From a virus (taxonomy: Duplodnaviria > Caudoviricetes), in IMG/VR virus record IMGVR_UViG_3300014204_000154, positions 1 to 64,000 of that record: 64,000 nt of DNA; one strand, given 5' to 3'. The notes beneath the pieces are model-generated. The model was not told the DNA's origin and ran no database searches. It saw nothing but the letters and a program-made list of their open reading frames with translations. The position numbers and the translations under genes were made by a program. The first letter of the stretch is position 1, and each line of letters starts with the position of its first letter. Positions 54,980-62,651 of the stretch are shown piece by piece.

Positions 54980-56017
54980 CTATTTGACCAGCGCGATGAC
55001 TCCGGCAAACTTGCCCGACTTGAAAAGAAGATAACGGTCATCCTTGGGATAATACTCCCGGCCTTGGGATAGGATGTTCATCAGAAAATTCGGATTGACC
55101 TTTAAGGAAGCTCCGGGAGGAAACGACCACTTGTCACTCTTGAGGAATTTCTCATTGATTTCTCCAAACTGCCGTTCTCCGTGAATAATCAAATTCCCCT
55201 TGGGATCAAGCGACAACAAAACAAACTCTCCCCCGTTTTCCCCGGCAGAGGAAAGGACAGCGGCCCGATCCAACGATTTGATCATGTCTTCCGGAAAAAG
55301 AAATGGCGCCCCCAACCCATCAAAATTGAGAAGGTTCTTGATTCCCTCCCTTGGGAAATCGCCTTTCCTCTTCCGAACACTAAACAAAACTCCGTCTTGT
55401 GATCGGAAATGAAGCCAACCCTCAACGGACGAAAACGATTCCATGTTACCAAATTTCAAGATTTCGCCAACCGCCTTGATGGGCAAAATCGATTCGTCTT
55501 CAACCGGGATTGACATTTCGTAAAATCCTGCGCGGAACCCGTCCGTGGCCGCCAATCCATCCGGTCCAATTGACACGCCGCATCGCGCAGGGAATGCTGA
55601 ATTGGTTGCCGCAAAGCCTTCTACCAATGCCAGCCCATTCGTGAAATCCGCTGGCAATTTGACCCATTTAATGTCAGAGAGAGACAGGTTATCCACCATG
55701 GCAAGGATCGAAGCTGGATTTGACGACACCATCTTCAAAACCGTCTTCCCCCCGGAAACTTGAATTTTGTTCTCATCAAGCAGCACAAGCCTGATTTCTT
55801 CCGTATCGATCTTGGAAACGATCTTGAAGAATTCGACTGCCCGAACAAGGCAACGGACCTCTGCCTTAAACGGTATCGAAACGGAAATGTCATCATTGAA
55901 GGTCTTGATCCATTCCGTATCGAACATGAAAGAATCCGCCCCTTCAAGCAATACATTCTTACTTTCCACTCCCGGCATAACCTTCTTCAACGCTTCCAGC
56001 AATTCAACCCTCTTCAT
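54980..56017 (-). CDS. dnaN: DNA polymerase III beta sliding clamp-like protein
   Basis: About 345 aa with three-domain clamp pattern (ELLEALKKV, ATDGFR, GDFP, LDRAAVLS, VNPNFL). Start moved to ATG 56017 (SD GGAGG). Confidence 0.8.
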   Translation of the reverse strand: MKRVELLEALKKVMPGVESKNVLLEGADSFMFDTEWIKTFNDDISVSIPFKAEVRCLVRAVEFFKIVSKIDTEEIRLVLLDENKIQVSGGKTVLKMVSSNPASILAMVDNLSLSDIKWVKLPADFTNGLALVEGFAATNSAFPARCGVSIGPDGLAATDGFRAGFYEMSIPVEDESILPIKAVGEILKFGNMESFSSVEGWLHFRSQDGVLFSVRKRKGDFPREGIKNLLNFDGLGAPFLFPEDMIKSLDRAAVLSSAGENGGEFVLLSLDPKGNLIIHGERQFGEINEKFLKSDKWSFPPGASLKVNPNFLMNILSQGREYYPKDDRYLLFKSGKFAGVIALVK

Positions 56018-56765
56018 AAACCCCTCCATTCGATGCCAAAGAAAAGACCTTGAAAACCCGGAATGGGCGCAACTTCATCTTAAAATGATAAAGATTGTCA
56101 TCCCCCAAACAACCGCCATCGTTGACCAACTTATCGTCGCCAATATGGGTATAGAACAAAAGCCGCATATATTCGCTCAAGAATTGCCCCGGATAGCAAA
56201 AGCAATACCGATAATTCACAAATCTATGATTTGAATCCCAAATATTCACGCCATATATCGCGCCGTTCTGATCAACCAAAACCCAACGATTCTTCCCCGA
56301 ATCGATATATTTCAAAATGACATCGGCATCCTGAACAATTCTTTCCCGACCTTCTAGCCAAGAAACCATCAAGGCGCTCAAATCATCGGTGGGGGTGGCT
56401 TCTCTATACAGGAGGGTCAATTCAGGATGTCTAGCCGCAAATTTGCGCGAATTCTTGCGAAAAACGGCAACGTCCCCTCCCGTCAAATTGCGGAACAACG
56501 CCGGCATATACAAAAAATTATAATCAAGAAACTCCCCGGAAGATAAACCCGGCAAGGAAGACCAAACGGGAACTGAACAATGATGAACAATCCCCGTCTT
56601 CAATTCTATCGGCGGCAACATCAAGTGGCCTTCTGAATCGGAAACGTACACCGAACCGCCTGAAGTGTACGTTTCCCATCCAGCCGCTTCAAAATATTCT
56701 TCAGAGCACCAAAAATTCGGATCGATTCGAAAGCGCTCCAAAGTCTCAAGGTATTTATTTGTCAT
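56004..56765 (-). CDS. DUF2156 / MprF-C-terminal-like GNAT aminoacyl-tRNA-dependent transferase
   Basis: DYNFLY..L.GG..FRKN.RKF and VNDGGCLG..LYHFKMKL.P match the DUF2156 layout; no TM segment. Start likely ATG 56765. Confidence 0.6.
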   Translation of the reverse strand: MTNKYLETLERFRIDPNFWCSEEYFEAAGWETYTSGGSVYVSDSEGHLMLPPIELKTGIVHHCSVPVWSSLPGLSSGEFLDYNFLYMPALFRNLTGGDVAVFRKNSRKFAARHPELTLLYREATPTDDLSALMVSWLEGRERIVQDADVILKYIDSGKNRWVLVDQNGAIYGVNIWDSNHRFVNYRYCFCYPGQFLSEYMRLLFYTHIGDDKLVNDGGCLGDDNLYHFKMKLRPFRVFKVFSLASNGGVYEEG

Positions 56766-56883
56766 CAAGACCCAATCCCTTGTCTGCCGCCTTTTGCGTT
56801 GCGTTCTTACTGGCCTTGCCACTCTTGATCTTATCGATCAACTTCTTTGATATCGTTCCAGTTTTCCGACTCTTTCCGCCCAT
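56755..56883 (-). CDS. 42-aa Lys-rich peptide
   Basis: Hand translation MGGKSRKTGTISKKLIDKIKSGKASKNATQKAADKGLGLDDK, after a perfect AAGGAGG SD. Not in the ORF track. Confidence 0.6.
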   Translation of the reverse strand: MGGKSRKTGTISKKLIDKIKSGKASKNATQKAADKGLGLDDK

Positions 56884-56901
56884 AATCACAATCCTCCTTA
56901 A

Positions 56902-57683
56902 TTATAATTTTAATCCTCTTGTAAGGATTTTCCATGCCAATTCAACCACTGATGGAATTTGCCCATTGCCAATGGCTTTAATTCTGTCCAGTTTATCGGC
57001 CAATCCATCATCCATTCGGCAAAGCAAGGGTGAACATGTATATGCTTCTCTGGGCATTTTTGATGGTTCTTCAAATTCAATTCCATTCCAATTAAATAAT
57101 GGGAAAGGCGGGTAGTCGATTGCCAAGTTTCTGTTGTCCGGATATTCCCATTGGCAAATTGAATCGCTTCTGAACTCATGACTGTAGGCAAGAATCCACA
57201 ATCGTTTCCTCTCATGCGGTGCTCCAACATTATCCCCTCCCACAAGGCACCATCGACAATCATACCCAATTGAGGAAATATCTGCAAGGATTCTTCCGAA
57301 ATAAATGGTAGAGATGAGCCCTGAAACATTTTCCAAAAATGCAAATTTTGGTCGTATTTTCCCAATAACCTCAAAAGTTTCAGGCCACATATTGCGACTA
57401 TCCAATTCTTTTTTACGCTGCCCTGACATTGAGAATGGTTGACATGGGAATCCTCCTGAGACAACATCAACCAATCCCTTATAGCTGTCGGCGAACCCTT
57501 CATCAATGAATGTTTTGATATCGCTGAATATGGGAGCATCATCTAAAATACCATCCTGAATTCTTTGAGCAATTAATCTTTGACAAAAATCATTCCATTC
57601 AACATAACCTAATGTTTTCCAGCCCAACAATTTAGAACCAAGAAGACCGCCACCCCCCCAGAAAACAAAGATAATTCCTTCAT
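56902..57683 (-). pseudogene. C5-cytosine DNA methyltransferase alpha polypeptide, frameshifted at a G7 tract
   Basis: ATG 57683 gives MKELSLFSGG then stops after 24 aa; one extra G restores FSGGGGGLLG (motif I) in frame with GGFPCQ, ENV, PHERKR and AIGNG (motif X). Confidence 0.8.
56910..57542 (-). CDS. Nested beta polypeptide of an EcoHK31I-type two-subunit C5 MTase (motif IX)
   Basis: A 210-codon open frame inside the alpha gene ending in HPCFAEWMMDWPINWTELKPL. Possible start ATG 57329, overlapping the ENV codons. Confidence 0.65.
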   Translation of the reverse strand: MMLPYSAISKHSLMKGSPTAIRDWLMLSQEDSHVNHSQCQGSVKKNWIVAICGLKLLRLLGKYDQNLHFWKMFQGSSLPFISEESLQIFPQLGMIVDGALWEGIMLEHRMRGNDCGFLPTVMSSEAIQFANGNIRTTETWQSTTRLSHYLIGMELNLKNHQKCPEKHIHVHPCFAEWMMDWPINWTELKPLAMGKFHQWLNWHGKSLQED

Positions 57684-57686
57684 TTT

Positions 57687-58394
57687 TTACTTTCCCAAAA
57701 CTTCAATCCTGCCCAACTCATCAAAAAGACACCAACTTAACAGACCAGTCAAGTCGGTTGTCTTTCCCTTCACAATGAAATAATTTCCGCCCGGAACGAA
57801 CGAAAAGGACAATTCCTGATCATAATTGAACAGAGCGTCCAAATCAACCGTCCGGATACCGATTGGCTCAAACCTCTCCAACTTCTCCTGAGACGCAAAA
57901 TCAAGACCGCTGGCGTCATTTACAATTTCAATGATGGTTCCTGAAAAGATATCGCGCTGGACAACCTTCAACCCGTTGTCCCAATGAATCTCCACATGGC
58001 TTAAATCATCCTGCAAGGCGCTCATAATCGCCTTCCGGAGAGTAAATCTTGAAGTCGCCTTCTTCCGGGCATAACGATAATACAACCGAAATATTTCATC
58101 AAAGGAAAGCGACTTACTTGACCCACACTTCTTCTTCCGAACATAGCCGTCTTGAACCGTCTTGAAAACAATTGAATCCCCTTCAACGTAAAAATTCGCC
58201 GAATCATAATCATTGGCGTCAAAAATGACGGTTTCCTTAAACGCGGCGCTTGTCTCCGGAAGGGCAAACCTCAACAGAATCGTCCTATCAGAATTGATAA
58301 CCAAAACGTCACGCTCATTGCAAAGAATGGTGTTTCTCATCCTTCCACTCTGGTCAAGCGCCGCCGCATATGAAAAAATTTCTTCCCTGTCCAC
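57687..58394 (-). CDS. Hypothetical protein (235 aa) in the modification/replication block
   Basis: ORF with SD GGAGGG; no family recognised. Confidence 0.6.
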   Translation of the reverse strand: MDREEIFSYAAALDQSGRMRNTILCNERDVLVINSDRTILLRFALPETSAAFKETVIFDANDYDSANFYVEGDSIVFKTVQDGYVRKKKCGSSKSLSFDEIFRLYYRYARKKATSRFTLRKAIMSALQDDLSHVEIHWDNGLKVVQRDIFSGTIIEIVNDASGLDFASQEKLERFEPIGIRTVDLDALFNYDQELSFSFVPGGNYFIVKGKTTDLTGLLSWCLFDELGRIEVLGK

Positions 58395-58408
58395 TTTATT
58401 CCCTCCGT

Positions 58409-59092
58409 TTAATCAAATAGACCATTTTCTTCTTTACAGAACTTTTCGCATCCCAACCGTCCTGCTGCTCCGGCGCAATATTCCTCATCGATTTCAAAAG
58501 CATCCAACTTAAATCCCAAATCCCGACAAGCAATGGCGCTTGATCCACTACCCAAATGGGTATCGATAATAGTATAACCCGGTTTTGCGTATTTCTTTAA
58601 TAACCATTTATATAAAGCAACTGGTTTTTGCGTTGGATGAATTCTCTTTTCTTTGTTTTTCATATCTCCTTGTAAAAAACCTTGCCAACGATATGAAAAC
58701 ATGCGAGTTGATGTATCAAAAGAAGTCCAAGCCAATTCGCAATCAGCAAAATTATTTTTTCCATTAACTTTATCCCATACAATAAAACAATTTGTGTTTC
58801 TTAAAAATTCTATAAAATAATTACCCCCAAAAACAATCTGATGTTTGCTTATCCGAAATAATTCAACAAAAAAATCTCCTTTAGGAACTAAAGAATCCCA
58901 ATTTTTATATTCAATGTCTCTTCTAACAGAAGCCAAGCTGTCAAATTGCATTTTATAAGCTGCTTGAAAATTTTCAACATATGGAGGATCGACAATTGCC
59001 AAATCATACTTCTTATCTGGCATCAATTTCATTTCTGGAAGACAATCGCAACAAAAGATTCTTATGTCATCCTGTTCATAAAAAGGGTTCAA
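58409..59092 (-). CDS. N6-adenine DNA methyltransferase, beta class
   Basis: IVDPPY, IVFGGNYF, ADCELAWTSF, HPTQKPV and DTHLGSGS. Confidence 0.9.
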   Translation of the reverse strand: MNPFYEQDDIRIFCCDCLPEMKLMPDKKYDLAIVDPPYVENFQAAYKMQFDSLASVRRDIEYKNWDSLVPKGDFFVELFRISKHQIVFGGNYFIEFLRNTNCFIVWDKVNGKNNFADCELAWTSFDTSTRMFSYRWQGFLQGDMKNKEKRIHPTQKPVALYKWLLKKYAKPGYTIIDTHLGSGSSAIACRDLGFKLDAFEIDEEYCAGAAGRLGCEKFCKEENGLFD

Positions 59093-60502
59093 TCAAACAA
59101 CCCTCCTCAGCATTTCCTCTCGGAAATCGTATTTTGGATCATAGACCCAAACAAGGCCATCCCTATCCTGCCCCACCGGCCGCAGACCTGCCGCCCAATC
59201 GATGGAAAATGAAGTGTCTCCCATAAGGTTCCAAAGATGCTTCACTTCATCCCGGAACGAATTGGACAGAAACCCATTCCCCTCGTTGACCCACTTCTCA
59301 AAATCGCTCCACGCCGTCTTCGCTCCCTTCCGGCTCACGATAAAACGGATGGCGCTGGTGGTATTCCCTGAACAAAACTTGGCGCGGCCAAACAGATCGC
59401 TGACCGAACAACAAATATCATCGTCGTTGGTTGGAACGTTCCCGGCATCGAAGGTGGAACACTCGATTCCACACTGCCGGAAATAATCCATATATTTCCC
59501 TAACAATAAAGACCCCAAAAATTGAGCCTTCGACATCATTTCATACATCCGTTCAAAGTCGTGACCCAGACGGGCGAAACTGTTCTTGATCCCCGATCCC
59601 GCCGCTGAATAGGAATAACAGTCAAACGTCATATGGCGAATTCCGGCTTCAAGAATCTGCTCAATATAATCGTCCGTCATTCCCTTCTCGTCATTCAAGA
59701 AGACCATGAACGGTTCAATCCTTGCGACAACCCGGACACCAGCATCACAAAGATTTTTGCACCCACGAATTCTCTCCTTGAAAGTCGGCGCTCCCGGCTC
59801 CAAACCTTTCAAGAAAGCTTCGTTGGATGAAATCATCGTAACGTGGACCGCCGCCCCTGCCCTATTCCGGGCAAACGCTTTCACATATTCATCATCGCCA
59901 ACAAGATCCGACTTCGTATTGACCATGATTGGATATTCGGCATCAGCAAGGAAATTCAGCATCTCCAGAGCTATCCTGTTTTTCGTCTCTATCGGCCGGA
60001 CAAAATCCTCAAAGCGAATTCCCAGCCGCAATGGCATCTCCATTGCTATCGCCTTTGAAACGTCCGCCAGATCCTTCTTCGATCCCCGATGCTTGAACAA
60101 CTCTGTCAATTCCTTCTTGAAGAAATCCGGAGAACAAACCCGCATCCCCATCCCCTTCGTATTGTCAAAAAAGGAAGAGTAAAGGCTGGCCCTGGCATAA
60201 TCGGCGAAGCAATACCGGCAACGATACGGGCAAAGCTTGGAGTCATAGATGTCCAGATTTAATGACATCGGACAAGCTTGAGACCTCAAGCTCACTTCGA
60301 TAAATGATTGCATTTCCTCAAGATTCAAAAGGCGCTCTTTCTTGATCATTTCGCCTTTCTCAAGATCAAACTGGAAATAATTCGACTTTCTCCCCTTCTC
60401 CTTAACGAGACTCTGCTTGTCCCGTTCTTCAACGAATACCGAAAGACGCGGAATTATTTTTGAAACCAGCTTTCTCAATTCCCAATAATTCATGTTATTC
60501 AC
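59093..60502 (-). CDS. Radical SAM enzyme (spore photoproduct lyase-like clade), paralog 2
   Basis: CPYRCRYC (CX3CX2C), NTKSDL, ARIEPF and a C-terminal CC. Confidence 0.85.
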   Translation of the reverse strand: MNNMNYWELRKLVSKIIPRLSVFVEERDKQSLVKEKGRKSNYFQFDLEKGEMIKKERLLNLEEMQSFIEVSLRSQACPMSLNLDIYDSKLCPYRCRYCFADYARASLYSSFFDNTKGMGMRVCSPDFFKKELTELFKHRGSKKDLADVSKAIAMEMPLRLGIRFEDFVRPIETKNRIALEMLNFLADAEYPIMVNTKSDLVGDDEYVKAFARNRAGAAVHVTMISSNEAFLKGLEPGAPTFKERIRGCKNLCDAGVRVVARIEPFMVFLNDEKGMTDDYIEQILEAGIRHMTFDCYSYSAAGSGIKNSFARLGHDFERMYEMMSKAQFLGSLLLGKYMDYFRQCGIECSTFDAGNVPTNDDDICCSVSDLFGRAKFCSGNTTSAIRFIVSRKGAKTAWSDFEKWVNEGNGFLSNSFRDEVKHLWNLMGDTSFSIDWAAGLRPVGQDRDGLVWVYDPKYDFREEMLRRVV

Positions 60503-60567
60503 GTGGCGGTCCTTTCACAAGATCGTCTAATGCAATAAAGTGGATTTGGATGCGGATGGGGAGGTTT

Positions 60568-61119
60568 TCATGGCTGCGCCGCCTCCAAAACTATATCGCT
60601 TTCTACCTCATTGCCCCACACATCCCATCCTTCAGTTTTCTGGCGAGCAAACAATTCGATACGATTCCCGCATGGATATAAACTTTCGATCATCCTGCGA
60701 GCAATTATCGGCTTACGAGAATGGATAGTTGCTGCTTCTCTCAAAACAGTTGTATATTTCCCTCTTTGCTCAACCGCCACTGGAATAAACTTACCCTTGT
60801 AAAGCCAAAGTAAATATTCATGTGAATATCTTACTGTAAAACAAGGGGCAACTCCATTTTCCTTATCCCATATAATCCGAGCATGAAGTCGATGCTGAGA
60901 GAAAAGTCTTTCCGCGTCCATTAGATATTTATCTATCGTCCAGAGAAAAAGAATATAATTGTCCTCAACGGGAACACTTTCAATAATGTTTTTAATGTCA
61001 GCGAGTTCTAACGTATTATAATCTAAACTTCTGCCTTGATGGGGCCTGCAATTCCTTAGTCCGCCTTTTTTTTGAACCCAAGGAGGATCAGCATAAATTA
61101 CTTGATATTTTTTATTCAA
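60568..61119 (-). CDS. MT-A70-family N6-adenine methyltransferase
   Basis: IYADPPW, LFLWT, HSRKP and IELFARQ..GWDVWGNE. Confidence 0.9.
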   Translation of the reverse strand: MNKKYQVIYADPPWVQKKGGLRNCRPHQGRSLDYNTLELADIKNIIESVPVEDNYILFLWTIDKYLMDAERLFSQHRLHARIIWDKENGVAPCFTVRYSHEYLLWLYKGKFIPVAVEQRGKYTTVLREAATIHSRKPIIARRMIESLYPCGNRIELFARQKTEGWDVWGNEVESDIVLEAAQP

Positions 61120-61139
61120 TTTACTCCTCCAATCCCGCG

Positions 61140-61280
61140 TTACTTACCTTGCCAAATCCAAGCAGGCCGATCAACAGCAGCATCTCGATCTCGGGGCATG
61201 CCGCATTCGTCGCAAACCTCGATGCCGCCACCATCGGGCCAATCTTCGTTGTGAGTTTTCAAATGGCCGCATTTATCCAT
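61140..61280 (-). CDS. 46-aa Cys/His peptide (possible Zn binder)
   Basis: Hand translation MDKCGHLKTHNEDWPDGGGIEVCDECGMPRDRDAAVDRPAWIWQGK; starts 2 nt after the PLP gene stop. Confidence 0.5.
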   Translation of the reverse strand: MDKCGHLKTHNEDWPDGGGIEVCDECGMPRDRDAAVDRPAWIWQGK

Positions 61281-61281
61281 A

Positions 61282-62094
61282 TCACGCTCCTATATTCCAA
61301 AAAAGGATTGGCCCCTCAAGACTGTTTTTGTTTTGCTTTAACCAAGACCATGCTTTCAAATCGTAATACGGATTGCAAGGGAATGGACACCCCGTCACAA
61401 CTCTATCCGTGTATTCATATCCCATATCAATTAGTTTGAAATCCGGATCGTCCAATAAATAACCGGCCGCACCAACAATCTTCTCTCTTTTCTTGTTTTG
61501 TTGACAAGATTCTCTACAAAGAACCCCTCTAACTTTTATATTATACCCCTTTTCTCGGATTCCTCTTAAAACTCCTGCCGCCATCGTTCCAGAACCAATA
61601 CACATAACTATCGTCTGGAATCTATCCACGTTTGAGCACTTGACTTCCTTTGCAACCTCAACAACCGTCTCCAATAGCGGAAGACCCAATGGCAATAAGA
61701 CAGCCTTGGGCCCAAATTCCTCCGCAAGAGCGTTCCGGCTGATATAATAATTCACCTTCGCCATACCGGCCTTGACGTTCCTGATCTCAGCGCCGAATTC
61801 AATCCACTTGCTTTTATGATATTCAAGAACCTCGTGTGACTCTTTATAGACAGGGTTGTAAATAACGGCCGTCATGCCCAATTCTCTGGCTATGGCGCAA
61901 ATGCCAATGCCTGCCATAGAAATCGATGTTTCTGTATATCCAACAACAGTCACCCCTTCCCTCTTTAATTTCTGAAGATGTTTCTCCAATCCTCTTACCT
62001 TAGCAAAAGGAGGAAGAGGAGGAAGTGCACATAAATCTTCCCTTTTAACGTAAATCCCGTCATATTCCTCGATTGGAGTGTTATTTATTATCAT
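61282..62094 (-). CDS. Fold-type-II PLP-dependent enzyme (D-cysteine desulfhydrase / ACC deaminase-like)
   Basis: YVKREDL, FAKVRG (Schiff-base Lys), CIGSGTMAAG and YYDLKAW..LFWNIG. Confidence 0.8.
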   Translation of the reverse strand: MIINNTPIEEYDGIYVKREDLCALPPLPPFAKVRGLEKHLQKLKREGVTVVGYTETSISMAGIGICAIARELGMTAVIYNPVYKESHEVLEYHKSKWIEFGAEIRNVKAGMAKVNYYISRNALAEEFGPKAVLLPLGLPLLETVVEVAKEVKCSNVDRFQTIVMCIGSGTMAAGVLRGIREKGYNIKVRGVLCRESCQQNKKREKIVGAAGYLLDDPDFKLIDMGYEYTDRVVTGCPFPCNPYYDLKAWSWLKQNKNSLEGPILFWNIGA

Positions 62095-62651
62095 TCGTTA
62101 ACCGCCTTTGATGTCTTTCTTCGCTTTTGGGCAGCAAATTTAAGTTTATTGACATGTTCCTCAGAAAGCTTCTTCCCTTTCCAAAACGATCCTCCTCCGG
62201 GATGTCTCGCATGGTTTCTTCTATATACATCATCCTGCCATAATTTCTTAGTCAATGCGCTTTGCTTCTCTCGTTCACCATCATTTTCATATCTTCTCAA
62301 CGTAACAATCCTTGCTTTCTCTGATTGAGATTTTCTCATACTTTCAGTCCAATTAATTATTCCCAATCCTCCTTCCACCATATTATATCCATTAGGAACA
62401 ATGGAATTGTTTTCTTTGATATAATCTCGTTCCAACTCTCCAGCTTCCTCCGGAGTCAATCCACTATGCAATAAAACCATATAGAAATTATTGATGCCGT
62501 ATTTCCGAATAGAACTATGAAGGGCATACAAACTTCCAGATTTAACTTTATCCAAATGAGCCTTCCAACGACTCTTAATTGATTGGCTAGTAACGCCAAA
62601 ATACTTTTTATGATTTATATTATTTTCAATAACATAAACAATATACTTCAT
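62091..62651 (-). CDS. GIY-YIG homing endonuclease (Seg-like) with NUMOD3-like tail
   Basis: IVYVIEN..YFGVT..RWKAH..E..YI..GYN; KGKKLSEEH. Start likely ATG 62651 (ATGA overlap). Confidence 0.85.
   Translation of the reverse strand: MKYIVYVIENNINHKKYFGVTSQSIKSRWKAHLDKVKSGSLYALHSSIRKYGINNFYMVLLHSGLTPEEAGELERDYIKENNSIVPNGYNMVEGGLGIINWTESMRKSQSEKARIVTLRRYENDGEREKQSALTKKLWQDDVYRRNHARHPGGGSFWKGKKLSEEHVNKLKFAAQKRRKTSKAVNE

Noticed and set aside
203-61439. Many plus-strand ORFs in the track (for example 4347..4988, 38322..39083, 49356..50033)
   Set aside because: They lie antisense to well-supported minus-strand genes, show no recognisable motifs or SD-led operon structure, and are best read as shadows.
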